Positions 16,790 through 26,437 of a stretch of 44,526 bases of DNA are shown here, one piece after another (position 1 is the stretch's first letter; every line of letters begins with the position of its first letter). The notes below the pieces were generated by a model that searched no databases, was not told where the DNA came from, and saw nothing but the letters and a program-made list of their open reading frames with translations. The translations under genes were made by a program, and so were the position numbers. The DNA comes from an archaeon (GTDB lineage Archaea > Nanobdellota > Nanobdellia > Pacearchaeales > GW2011-AR1). The DNA is taken from positions 68,821-113,346 of the forward strand of contig JBDRNS010000005.1 of the NCBI GenBank assembly GCA_043810865.1, in the 5' to 3' direction.

Positions 16790-19372
16790 TTATCTTTCAC
16801 CAATCACTTTCAAATGTTCTTCGTGAATTCTCTTTAAAAATTCCTGCCTGTCTTCAATCTTGATTAAATCGCTGTAACCCTGAATTATAAGATTCATTGC
16901 GAAAGGTGATGGAATTCTCGTGTCAACTATTTTTGTCTTTACTTTATTTTCTTTAATCCATTTCACGACGAGTTTTGCTGAGGCAACGTCCATTAAATCC
17001 TCCATCACTTCTCTTCTTGCTTCGCGCAAAATTGGGAATTCATTTGTTATTTTTTTGATTGCATGAAAAAGAAAATGACTTTTCATCTGCTGTTTGCCGA
17101 CTGTTTTGTTTCTTCCTTTGTAACTTCGCAAAATCATCAAAGCGCGCGTAGCACAATGCCGAAACCTGCGCGCGAGGACATCTGTTTTTTCAATTGCTTC
17201 TCTCAGAACATCTTCAAAATTTTCCGGAGAGAGGAATTTCAGCACTTTTTCAATATTCAGTTTTTCGCCTGCAACATAAAATCCATTGTCTGAAATTCCG
17301 AGTTCAACATCTCTTCCGCCTGCTTTCCCGATTAGAAAACCAATCACTCTGGAAAGAGCATCATTAACGCGCCTGCCATACATACTGTGAAAGATAAGAT
17401 AATTCTTTTGCGACTTGTATCTCTCAATCAGCATTAAATTTTCTTCCGGAATTTCAAGAAACTTGTTTTGTTCGTTAAAATAATTGTAAATTGAGTCCGC
17501 TGTTTCTTTTCTTACATAAAGATAATCTGAAATTAGTTTTTCTATTTCTTTTCTTGTAATTTTAGAATTTAGCTTTTGCTTCATAAGCTTTCTGAATTTG
17601 TTTATTTCCATGCCTGAGTCAAAACTTAACGGGAGCATTTCACTAAACCACGAGGGAATTGTCGGCGCTCTTGTTATTTCACTTCTTACATAAAGGTTCA
17701 TGCCCCTTGTGTAGCTGTAAAGATATTTTTTTCCGCCGAGAACAAATATGTCGCCTTTTTTCATTCTCTCAAGAAAGCCCTCGTCGATAAAACCAATTTG
17801 CTCGTCTGTTCCCACAAGTTTTACTGTTATAAATGATTCTTCAGGAATTGTTCCGATGTTTGTAAGATAGAGAACACGCGCCATTTTTCCCCTTTTCCCA
17901 AGCTGTCTTGTTTTTGCATCATACCAAATTTTTCCATAGACATTATTTTTTTCCAGTTCATATTCGCCCGCGAGATAACTGATTATATCAAGAAAGTCCT
18001 TTTTTGTAAGGGAATAATAACAATAACTTTTTCTTATCAGTGAAAACAGTTCGTCGATATTCCAGATTTTGTAAATTGCCATGCCGTAAATTTGCTGTGC
18101 TAAAACATCAAGCGCGTTTTTCGGGAAAGTTATTTTATTTATTTTTCTTTCAATCATTTCTTTCTGAATCACGCAGCATTCAATCAAATCATCCCTGTCT
18201 GTAACTATGAATCTTCCCTTTGCTGTTTCATGGAGTTTGTGCCCTGCTCTTCCCAAACGCTGCAATGCTCTTGCACTGCTTTTTGGGCTTCCTATCATAA
18301 GAACCAAATCAATGTAACCAATATCTATTCCTAGCTCAAGAGATGTCGAGCAGATTACAACTTTCAGTTCTCCTTTTCTTAAACGCTCCTCGATGTCGAA
18401 TCTGTGAAGCTTGCTTAATGATGAATGGTGCGCGGCAATGTTGTCGTCGCCATATTCTGTCGGGAATTTTTCCTTCAGATGATTTACAATTCTTTCTGTG
18501 GCTGAACGCGTGTTTGTGAAAATTAAAGTTGTCTTGTGCTTTTTTATCAGGGAATCCAAGAGATTGTAAAAGTTTGGCATTATTTCTTCGCCTTCAATTA
18601 AGTCCTCAACAGGTGTCAGGACATCAACGTCGATTTTCTTGTCAAGCGGAACTTTTACGCAATTTACAATTCTTTCTTTGTCTTCGCCGACAAGATATTT
18701 TGCAACTTCTTCAATCGGCTCAACTGTTGCGCTAAGCCCTATTTTTGTCGGCCAGATTTTGCTTACTTCATTAAGGCGTTCTAAGGTCAGAGAAAGATAA
18801 GTTCCTCTTTTGTTGTCCATTGCATGAATTTCATCAACAATGCAGAATTCAACAGCTTCCATTTTCTCTACGAATTTTTTGCTTGTAAGAAGAATTGCAA
18901 GCGATTCAGGAGTTGTCACGAGAATGTGCGGCGGCTTTCTCAGCATTTTTGTCCTCTCAGAAGTTGGAGTGTCTCCTGTTCTCAAACCAACACGGATTTC
19001 CTGAAGTTTTATTCCTTTTTTCTTTGCAAGTTCGTTTATTTCTGCCAACGGCTCGACGAGATTTTTATGAATGTCGTTGCTCAATGCTTTTAGAGGAGAA
19101 GTGTAAACAGCAACAATTCTGTCATCAAGATTATTTTTTTCAGCCAAGCCAACAAGATAATTCAAAATAGAAAGAAATGCCGTGAGTGTTTTTGTTCCGC
19201 CTGTCGGCGCTGAAATCAAAATGTCTTTTCGATTCCAAATATTCAAAACGCCGTATTGCTGCGTTAATGAAAATGAATCGAATTTTGAGAAAAACCATTC
19301 GCTAACCAAAGGATTTAGAACTTTCCTGATTTCCTTCTCATTATATTTCTCAGCTTCATTTACAGACGTCAT
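16790..19372 (-). CDS. lhr: Lhr-family SF2 helicase (archaeal Lhr core)
   Basis: SPLKALSNDI, RTGDT, TTPESL, VDEIH, GLSAT, FTNTR, HHSSLS, SLELGIDIG, QRLGRAGH, NIGTIP; probable start ATG 19372. Confidence 0.93.
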   Translation of the reverse strand: MTSVNEAEKYNEKEIRKVLNPLVSEWFFSKFDSFSLTQQYGVLNIWNRKDILISAPTGGTKTLTAFLSILNYLVGLAEKNNLDDRIVAVYTSPLKALSNDIHKNLVEPLAEINELAKKKGIKLQEIRVGLRTGDTPTSERTKMLRKPPHILVTTPESLAILLTSKKFVEKMEAVEFCIVDEIHAMDNKRGTYLSLTLERLNEVSKIWPTKIGLSATVEPIEEVAKYLVGEDKERIVNCVKVPLDKKIDVDVLTPVEDLIEGEEIMPNFYNLLDSLIKKHKTTLIFTNTRSATERIVNHLKEKFPTEYGDDNIAAHHSSLSKLHRFDIEERLRKGELKVVICSTSLELGIDIGYIDLVLMIGSPKSSARALQRLGRAGHKLHETAKGRFIVTDRDDLIECCVIQKEMIERKINKITFPKNALDVLAQQIYGMAIYKIWNIDELFSLIRKSYCYYSLTKKDFLDIISYLAGEYELEKNNVYGKIWYDAKTRQLGKRGKMARVLYLTNIGTIPEESFITVKLVGTDEQIGFIDEGFLERMKKGDIFVLGGKKYLYSYTRGMNLYVRSEITRAPTIPSWFSEMLPLSFDSGMEINKFRKLMKQKLNSKITRKEIEKLISDYLYVRKETADSIYNYFNEQNKFLEIPEENLMLIERYKSQKNYLIFHSMYGRRVNDALSRVIGFLIGKAGGRDVELGISDNGFYVAGEKLNIEKVLKFLSPENFEDVLREAIEKTDVLARRFRHCATRALMILRSYKGRNKTVGKQQMKSHFLFHAIKKITNEFPILREARREVMEDLMDVASAKLVVKWIKENKVKTKIVDTRIPSPFAMNLIIQGYSDLIKIEDRQEFLKRIHEEHLKVIGER

Positions 19373-19474
19373 TTTAGAAAAAATCAACTTATATATTTAG
19401 AATATGGGTTTAATAAATTTGCCGTTCTGTTCTAAAATTTTATAAAGGTTTTTTGTTTAGATGACCTGAAAAAG

Positions 19475-19819
19475 ATGGTTGGAAATAATATTGGTTTGCA
19501 TCATTTAAGCAAGAGGAAAAGAATATCCCAAAAACATGAGCAGTATCCTTCGCCCAATAAATTAAAAAGATTTCTGGATAAAATTATTTATGTTGTTGTT
19601 TTTGGCGGAATAATTATGACTGTTCCTCAGGTTGTCAAAATTTGGGCGGATAAAAGTGCCGAAGGTTTGTCTATAGTAACATGGATTTCCTATCTTGTTT
19701 TCTCGGCTGTTTGGTTTTTTTACGGCGTTCTTCACAACGACAAACCAATAATAATCGGGAATTTCTTCTGGATAATTTTTGACGTTTTGATAGTTCTGGG
19801 GATAGTTTTGTATGGTTGA
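19475..19819 (+). CDS. SemiSWEET / PQ-loop family transporter
   Basis: Three TM segments; VPQVVKIW..KSAEGLS, WFFYG, KPIIIGN. Confidence 0.85.
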   Translation: MVGNNIGLHHLSKRKRISQKHEQYPSPNKLKRFLDKIIYVVVFGGIIMTVPQVVKIWADKSAEGLSIVTWISYLVFSAVWFFYGVLHNDKPIIIGNFFWIIFDVLIVLGIVLYG

Positions 19820-19937
19820 AGAGGAAAAAGTTTAATAAAGAAAAGTTTTTGAGTTGGAGGTTAGGAGTTACAAGTTTAAACTAACATATTTTTAGCAGTT
19901 AAATTAACAAATAATAGAACTATTTAGAGCAAAGAAA

Positions 19938-20192
19938 TTATCTTCTTCTTTTCATTCTTCTTCCGGAATTTTTCTTTTTGGATTTCCACTCAGAAAAAAT
20001 ATAAATGTAAAGTATCGGCAAAATTCCGACGGTGTTAAAAATCATAAGGACAACAAACCAAACAACAGAATTTCTTTTTGATGCTTTCCACATTCCAAGA
20101 AGTTTCCACACTAAGTCCCATACTGAAATTATAAATATTGCAAGAAGCACAGGAACACTCCACCCAAAACCATTCATTAAAAGATTATACAT
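19938..20192 (-). CDS. Small membrane protein (DUF5652-like)
   Basis: WDLVWKLLGMWKASK..WFVVLMIFNTVGILPILY. Confidence 0.75.
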   Translation of the reverse strand: MYNLLMNGFGWSVPVLLAIFIISVWDLVWKLLGMWKASKRNSVVWFVVLMIFNTVGILPILYIYIFSEWKSKKKNSGRRMKRRR

Positions 20193-20313
20193 TTCTTAAA
20201 AAATGAAACAGATTTTAAAAAGGTTTGTGCGAACTTTTTTCTTATAAGATTTCAAACCACTTTAAAATAGTTAGAAATATTTAAATAGTTTTTATTTGTC
20301 TAGAAAAAGTAAA

Positions 20314-20361
20314 ATACAACTTATAGTAACAAAAAGTTATAAGATATACAATATATTGTAT
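20314..20361. promoter_or_regulatory. Tandem NrdR boxes
   Basis: ATACAACTTATAGTAA (20314-20329) and the perfect palindrome ATACAATATATTGTAT (20346-20361), 32 bp apart, between a TATA-like tttaaata (about 20280) and the nrdR start. Confidence 0.85.
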
Positions 20362-20374
20362 TAATAAAAAGATT

Positions 20375-20812
20375 ATGAGGTGCCCTTATTGTTCGAACAC
20401 AACATCTAGAGTAACAGACAAAAGAGAGTCGCCAAAGGGAATCAGACGGCGAAGAGAGTGTTTGAAATGCAAAAAAAGGTTCACGACACACGAAAAATTA
20501 AGCAGCGCAGAACTTTATATTATCAAGAAAGATAACAGCAGGGAAAAGTTTGACAGGGAAAAACTTGAAAGAGGTGTTCAAAAAGCGTTTGAGAAACGCC
20601 CTGTGCCAAAAGAGATAATAGATAAAATGGTAAATGAGATAGAAGAACAACTGAGAAAAAAAGGAAAGAAGGAAGTGAGGAGTTCTGTTATCGGAGAATT
20701 GGTGATGAAAAAAATAAAAAAGGTGGACAATGTTGCGTACATAAGATTCGCGTCGGTTTACAGGGATTTTCAGGATATAAAAGATTTTAAGGAGGAATTG
20801 AAAGAGTTATAA
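20375..20812 (+). CDS. nrdR: Transcriptional repressor NrdR
   Basis: MRCPYC, IRRRRECLKCKKRFTTHE, ATP cone, VAYIRFASVYRDF. Confidence 0.95.
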   Translation: MRCPYCSNTTSRVTDKRESPKGIRRRRECLKCKKRFTTHEKLSSAELYIIKKDNSREKFDREKLERGVQKAFEKRPVPKEIIDKMVNEIEEQLRKKGKKEVRSSVIGELVMKKIKKVDNVAYIRFASVYRDFQDIKDFKEELKEL

Positions 20813-23349
20813 TGGAGCAAATTGAAATGCAGCAGGAACTGAAAAATCTCACGCAGTTGAATTTGAGCATTAATCAGCTGAAAGTCATAAAGGACAAATA
20901 TCTTAAAGATTCTCCGACGGTGGAACACTGGTTAAGAACTATTTGCCATAATATTGCCCTTGGTGATTTGCTTAATTCTTCGCAGGTCTCGGAGTTTGAC
21001 ATTTTTGAAGGAGTTAATTACAAAAAAATGCAGTATGAATCGGGCGGAAGAATTGCAAACATGTTTCTTGTTCATTACGGGCTTGTTAATCACAATCTTA
21101 TCCACAAGAATTTTCAAAAGTTTCTTCAGAATTTGGAGGCAATAAATCAAAAAAATCCCGAGATAATTTCCAGAACAGAGGAAAAATTTTATGAAATGCT
21201 CTCAAATTTCAGGTTTCTTCCGAATTCGCCGACGCTGATGAATGCGGGCAGGGATTTACAGCAGCTCAGCGCATGTTATGTTCTTCCTGTCGGCGACTCA
21301 ATTGATGAAATTTATACTTCTGTAAAAAACATGGCGGTAATTCACAAGAGCGGCGGGGGAACAGGATTTTCATTTTCACGACTAAGACCGAGCGGTGACT
21401 CTGTCAGGACAACGAAAGGAATTTCTTCAGGACCTTTAACATTCATGCAAATATTTGACAAATCAACAGATGTTGTAAAGCAGGGAGGAACAAGAAGAGG
21501 CGCTAACATGGGAATTCTTCATTACACTCATCCAAATATTTTAGGATTTATCGACATGAAAAAAACGCCGGGAGTCATGGAAAATTTCAATGTTTCTGTA
21601 ACAATTGATGAAAAGTTCATGAATTCTGTGAAGAATAATCAGGAATATGAACTGATAAATCCCAGGACTAAGGAAGTTGCGGGAAAACTTAATGCGAGAG
21701 AAGTTTGGCAGAAAATGATTAAGGGTGCATGGGAATCAGGAGATCCGGGAATGATTATTATCGACAGAATAAACAATACAGGAAGCAATGCAACGCCGCA
21801 TTTAGGGATGATTGAATCGACAAATCCCTGCGGCGAGCAACCATTGCTACCTTATGAGCCGTGCAATCTTGGTTCAATAAATTTATCGAAGTTTGTAAAA
21901 GAACCGTTTACAGCGCAGGCGGATTTTGATTATGAAAAATTAAAGGATTGTGTTTACACTGCAACTCATTTTTTGGATAATGTTATTGATGTTAATAATT
22001 ATCCGATTCCTGAAATTGAGGAAATGGCAAAGAAGACGAGAAGGATTGGTTTGGGTGTCATGGGCTGGGCAGAGTCGCTTGTCATGATGGGAATTCCGTA
22101 TAATTCTCCGGGAGCATTGGATAAAGCAGAAGAAGTTATGCAGTTCATTAATGTTTCTTGCCTGAAAGCATCTGAAGAACTTGCTAAAGAGAGAGGTGTC
22201 TTTCCTGCATGGAAGAATTCGATTTACGACAGGCAAGGGCCTTATTTCAGAGGACATGAATTTTTCCCAAGACATAGTGCAAGAACAACAATTGCACCGA
22301 CGGGAACTATCGGAATCACAGCAGGTTTGCAGGGTGCGGGAATAGAACCATTCTTCGCTGTTGTTTATGTTCGTTACAATGCAGCAGGAATTGACGCACT
22401 GAAAAAAGGAGAAAAGCCGCTGGACAAGGACACCTTTTTTGAAGTTAATCCTTTGTTTGAGAAAATTGCTTTTGAAAATAATTATTTTGGAATGCAAAAA
22501 GAAGAGCTTTACAAAAAAATAAATGACAATCACAAAACGCTTCTTGGCATGAACGAAATTCCGGAAAAAATCCAGAAATTATTTTTGACTTCGCACGATT
22601 TGAATCCGAAGGAGCATGTTTTGATGCAGTGCGCTTTCCAGAAATACACTGACAATGCTGTTTCAAAGACAGTTAACATGAGAAATGAAGCAACTGAGAA
22701 GGAAGTCGAGGAAGTTTACATGCTTGCTTATGAAAACGGGGCGAAAGGAGTTACGATTTACAGGGACGGGAGCAAACAATTTCAGATTTTGAACATCAGC
22801 GATAAGAAGGAAGACAAGAAAGAAGTTAAAGAAAAGAAAAAGAAAGACAACGAATTCGCGGATTATTACATGGTTGAAACAGGGCATGGGCCTCTTCACA
22901 TCCACATTAATTATGACGAAGACGGACCTACAAGAATTTTTGCAAATATTCCTCCATCGGGAACAGAAATTTCCGGGCTGACAGGATCTCTTGCAATTAT
23001 TCTTTCAAAATATCTTGAACTGGGAGGAGATCCTGTGAGAATTCTGAAGCATCTGAATTCTGTAAAGTCAGAAAAGCCATTTGGTTTCGGGAAGAACAGA
23101 ATTGATTCAATTCCTCATGCAATTTCAACAGCGCTGAGAAATCATTTGATAAGAACGGGGAAAATAAAACCAATCATAGGAGAAGTTCATATTGGAGAAA
23201 ATCCCAAACAGCAAACCAAATTAAATGATTCAGATGAAGAAGAGGATTTGAAACTTCATTGTGCAAAATGTTTCAGTTCAAATGTCGGGATGATTGCAGG
23301 ATGCCCTGAGCCAACTTGTTTTGACTGCGGGTATAGCAAGTGCAGTTGA
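20812..23349 (+). CDS. nrdJ: Class II (adenosylcobalamin-dependent) ribonucleotide reductase with TSCPD-like domain and C-terminal Cys cluster
   Basis: FLPNSPTLMNAG, QLSACYV, GGGTGF, QGGTRRGANM, TNPCGEQPL, CNLGSINL, TIAPTGT, KGVTIYRDGSK, terminal C..C/CFDCGYSKC. Confidence 0.95.
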   Translation: MEQIEMQQELKNLTQLNLSINQLKVIKDKYLKDSPTVEHWLRTICHNIALGDLLNSSQVSEFDIFEGVNYKKMQYESGGRIANMFLVHYGLVNHNLIHKNFQKFLQNLEAINQKNPEIISRTEEKFYEMLSNFRFLPNSPTLMNAGRDLQQLSACYVLPVGDSIDEIYTSVKNMAVIHKSGGGTGFSFSRLRPSGDSVRTTKGISSGPLTFMQIFDKSTDVVKQGGTRRGANMGILHYTHPNILGFIDMKKTPGVMENFNVSVTIDEKFMNSVKNNQEYELINPRTKEVAGKLNAREVWQKMIKGAWESGDPGMIIIDRINNTGSNATPHLGMIESTNPCGEQPLLPYEPCNLGSINLSKFVKEPFTAQADFDYEKLKDCVYTATHFLDNVIDVNNYPIPEIEEMAKKTRRIGLGVMGWAESLVMMGIPYNSPGALDKAEEVMQFINVSCLKASEELAKERGVFPAWKNSIYDRQGPYFRGHEFFPRHSARTTIAPTGTIGITAGLQGAGIEPFFAVVYVRYNAAGIDALKKGEKPLDKDTFFEVNPLFEKIAFENNYFGMQKEELYKKINDNHKTLLGMNEIPEKIQKLFLTSHDLNPKEHVLMQCAFQKYTDNAVSKTVNMRNEATEKEVEEVYMLAYENGAKGVTIYRDGSKQFQILNISDKKEDKKEVKEKKKKDNEFADYYMVETGHGPLHIHINYDEDGPTRIFANIPPSGTEISGLTGSLAIILSKYLELGGDPVRILKHLNSVKSEKPFGFGKNRIDSIPHAISTALRNHLIRTGKIKPIIGEVHIGENPKQQTKLNDSDEEEDLKLHCAKCFSSNVGMIAGCPEPTCFDCGYSKCS

Positions 23350-23355
23350 ATTTGT

Positions 23356-23521
23356 CTCGCAACAAGTTGCTCGTAGATATTTACTTGACTCCAAATCGGA
23401 CTTCATCACGATTTTCCGTATGTTAAAATCTTTTTTGCGAAGAACCGACATCATAGCTTTTGAAGGGGTGGGGGAGCATATTAATTAGCGAGCGATTTGT
23501 TCGAGCAATTATCACATAAAT
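23356..23521 (+). repeat. Intergenic repeat family copy C
   Basis: 23379-23521 is near-identical to 25641-25798 apart from a 15-nt indel and a few substitutions. Confidence 0.9.
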
Positions 23522-23552
23522 TTATATAAATTATATTTTTGTTTTCTAATTC

Positions 23553-24020
23553 ATGCCGCACATTCATGATAAAATTGATTTCACTGTCGAGGTTTTTGTT
23601 GTCTACAATAACAAAGTTCTTTTAAGAAAACATGACAAATATAAAATTTGGCTGAGTATTGGCGGACATATTGAACTTGATGAAGAACCAAATGAGGCAG
23701 CAATTCGCGAGGTTAAGGAAGAAGTTGGTTTAGATGTTGAGTTGTTTAACGATAAAGTTAAGCTTTCGGACGAGGAGGATTACAAAGAGTTAGTTCCTCC
23801 TGAATTTCTTAACATACACAAAATAAATGAAACCCATAAACACATAACTCTTACATATTTTGCGAGAGCAAATACAGATAATTTGATTTTGTCAGAAGAT
23901 GAAAAAAGCGATGAATGCAAATGGTTTTCAAAAGAAGAAATTAGCAATCCTGAGCATAATATTAAAGAGCATATTAAAATGTATGCGAAAAAGGCATTGG
24001 AAAAGTTGGGAAATCCTTAA
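23553..24020 (+). CDS. NUDIX hydrolase
   Basis: WLSIGGHIELDEEPNEAAIREVKEEVG. Confidence 0.9.
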   Translation: MPHIHDKIDFTVEVFVVYNNKVLLRKHDKYKIWLSIGGHIELDEEPNEAAIREVKEEVGLDVELFNDKVKLSDEEDYKELVPPEFLNIHKINETHKHITLTYFARANTDNLILSEDEKSDECKWFSKEEISNPEHNIKEHIKMYAKKALEKLGNP

Positions 24021-24044
24021 ATAATATATTTTTAATTTTGTTCA

Positions 24045-24530
24045 ATGAATTTGGAAACTGATATTTCACTTAGATACTGGAGCAGCGAACATTTGAGTGC
24101 TGTCAATGAAGCGAATTCTTTTGCAGAACTAAGAAGGATAGCAATGGAACATTTGCAGAGAATGCCGCAGCCAATTGCGCAGGTTTGCGGGCCGATTTCA
24201 ACAGGAGGATTTGGTATAGAAAAAAATCTTGAGATTTTCGAAGTAACGATAAGAAAATTAATGTCTCAGGGAAAAACAATTTTTAATCAGATTCCGTTTG
24301 AAACGCCGATGAAGGAACTGAATGAGAGAAGTCCCTTAAACGGCATGAGGGTTAATCAAAATGTTCTTGATGATTTTTATCTTGATATTTTTAAATCAGA
24401 ATTAATTTACAAATTATATTTTGTTCATGGTTGGGAGACATCTTATGGGGCAAGATGGGAACGCAGAAAAGCGAGAGAGCTGGGGATGAGGATAAATTAT
24501 CTTCCTGAAGGTTTTCATCTTATACAATAA
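24045..24530 (+). CDS. DUF4406-like / nucleoside deoxyribosyltransferase-fold protein
   Basis: VCGPISTGG, IFNQ, GWETSYGARWE..KARELG. Confidence 0.6.
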   Translation: MNLETDISLRYWSSEHLSAVNEANSFAELRRIAMEHLQRMPQPIAQVCGPISTGGFGIEKNLEIFEVTIRKLMSQGKTIFNQIPFETPMKELNERSPLNGMRVNQNVLDDFYLDIFKSELIYKLYFVHGWETSYGARWERRKARELGMRINYLPEGFHLIQ

Positions 24531-24557
24531 AATTATATATCTTCTAACTTTTTGAAT

Positions 24558-25112
24558 ATGATGGCTGACAAATCAAAACTCGGACTTGTGCAGGTATTTT
24601 GGGGAAACGGGAAAGGCAAAACGACAAGTTCATTTGGGACTGCATTGAGGGCATGCGGAAACGGATACAATGTTCATCTTGTTCAGTTTATGAAAAACGG
24701 GGCTGAGTCGTTAGAAGAGCAAATTCCCGGGGAAATAAAAGCACTTGAGAAAATCCAGGGATTTACTTACAAGCGTTTCGGCTCTGACGGATGGGTTGTA
24801 AAGAAACCGACTGAAAATCAGGTAAAGGCGTGCAGGGATGCACTGGCTTATGTTAAGGAAAAATTGAATGATGAAAATACAGACATATTGATTGCCGACG
24901 AGATTCTTTATGCAGTGCAACTCGGACTTCTTACAGAAGATGAAATTATTGATTTAATTGAAAACAAACCAAAAAGTAAAGAGTTAATTTTAACCGGTTC
25001 GCACAAGCCATTTCCAAAGATTTTTGAGATTGCGGACTTGGTGACAGAAATAAAGAAAATCAAACATCCTTATGACAAAGGAATTTTAGCGAGGAAAGGT
25101 ATTGAGTATTAA
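24558..25112 (+). CDS. cobO: Cob(I)alamin adenosyltransferase (CobA/BtuR/CobO type)
   Basis: GNGKGKTTSSFG.ALRACG, VQFMK, IADEI, ELILTG, ADLVTE, KHPYDKGILARKGIEY. Confidence 0.92.
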   Translation: MMADKSKLGLVQVFWGNGKGKTTSSFGTALRACGNGYNVHLVQFMKNGAESLEEQIPGEIKALEKIQGFTYKRFGSDGWVVKKPTENQVKACRDALAYVKEKLNDENTDILIADEILYAVQLGLLTEDEIIDLIENKPKSKELILTGSHKPFPKIFEIADLVTEIKKIKHPYDKGILARKGIEY

Positions 25113-25118
25113 TTCCTA

Positions 25119-25270
25119 CACTTCGTTCGCAGATATTTACTGGCTCAGTTCCAGATATTCGTCAAGGAACTTCGCTTAAAGAAAAAATTAATGCATTAAA
25201 ACTTTTTCTCTGAGAATTCAAGTGAAACAGAATTCGGAGCTATTAATATTGCGAAGCACAAAGTGCGAGC
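25119..25270 (+). repeat. Intergenic repeat family copy D
   Basis: Starts ttcgcagatatttac, ends tattaatattgcgaagcacaaagtgcgagc; core matches the reverse complement of copy A. Confidence 0.8.
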
Positions 25271-25327
25271 AAAAATATTATCTTCTCCACCAACAATAAT
25301 TATAAACCCTTAATTTTTTCGATAAAT

Positions 25328-25606
25328 ATGATAATCTGGATTTTGATGATTTTGGATTTGTTTGTTCTTGGCGCGATTAGTTTAGTGCAGTTTAATATTG
25401 CAATTCCTGCAATTGTGCTTTTTTATTCTGCCGGTTATATGGGCTTGAAAGCGTTGCTTTTCAGAGATGTGATGAGCATGCTTGATTTAGTTATAGGGGT
25501 TTACATCTTAATTGTTGCAATTTTTGGTTTCACGAGTTTCTTTTATTACATTGCTCTTGCGTGGATTAGCTACAAACTGGTATTTACTTTGTTCGGGAGT
25601 GTATAA
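25328..25606 (+). CDS. Small integral membrane protein
   Basis: 92 aa, almost entirely hydrophobic. Confidence 0.7.
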   Translation: MIIWILMILDLFVLGAISLVQFNIAIPAIVLFYSAGYMGLKALLFRDVMSMLDLVIGVYILIVAIFGFTSFFYYIALAWISYKLVFTLFGSV

Positions 25607-25624
25607 TATCTTTAGGAGAATTTG

Positions 25625-25798
25625 GTTCGCTTCACTCACAATTTACTTGACTCCAAATCGGACTTCATCACGATTTTCCGTATGATAAAATTTAATATGT
25701 TAAAATCTTTTTTGCGAAGAACCGACATCATAGTTTTTGAAGAGGTGGTGGAGCATATTAATTAGCGAGCGATTTGTTCGAGCAATTATCACATAAAT
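25625..25798 (+). repeat. Intergenic repeat family copy E
   Basis: Direct repeat of copy C. Confidence 0.9.
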
Positions 25799-25828
25799 AT
25801 TTATAAAATTCAAGGATTAGGAATTTTA

Positions 25829-26365
25829 ATGATAGGAACAAAAGAGCTGCTGAATCTTGTGCGGGAAAATAATCTTGTTGAGAATTTGAGCCAGCGGGAA
25901 CTTGAAAATCCTGAGGGAACTGGTTTTGATTTAAGGGTTGGAGAAATCTTTACAATCAATGATGGCGAGGCATTTTTGGGGGAAACAGAAAGATTCACGC
26001 CTGAAACAACGTCAATTGCGAAATATGGAAGCAGCCAGGGAATTATTCTTCAACCAGGGGACTTTGTTCTTGTCAAGACAATTGAGAAAGTAAATCTTCC
26101 CAGTGATGTCGGCGCTATTTTTCGTCCGAGGTCAACTCTTTACAGAAGCGGTGTAAGTTTGGATACTGCAGCTGCGTCGCCAGGATATAGCGGACAACTT
26201 GTTTTTGGAATGTGCAATCTTGGGAAAAATAATTTGAAGCTGGAAATGGGCGCGAGAATTGTTCACATTTTATTTTTCAAGACATCTGAAAATTTTTCTG
26301 CTTACAGAGGGCAGTGGCAGGGCGGAAGAGTTTCTACACAAGGCGAGAGGGAAGTGCAGGTTTAA
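25829..26365 (+). CDS. dcd: dCTP deaminase / trimeric dUTPase family protein
   Basis: GFDLRV, TIEKVNLP, PRSTLYRSG, PGYSGQL, GARIVHI, YRGQWQG. Confidence 0.85.
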   Translation: MIGTKELLNLVRENNLVENLSQRELENPEGTGFDLRVGEIFTINDGEAFLGETERFTPETTSIAKYGSSQGIILQPGDFVLVKTIEKVNLPSDVGAIFRPRSTLYRSGVSLDTAAASPGYSGQLVFGMCNLGKNNLKLEMGARIVHILFFKTSENFSAYRGQWQGGRVSTQGEREVQV

Positions 26366-26437
26366 GATAACTTAACTTCTGAAAAATAACAAAATAATCA
26401 CACATAATTTTATAATTGAAATAATCTGTTGGTTTTT

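Noticed and set aside
23294-23488. 64 aa ORF after nrdJ
   Set aside because: Overlaps the nrdJ end and repeat copy C; no coding signal.
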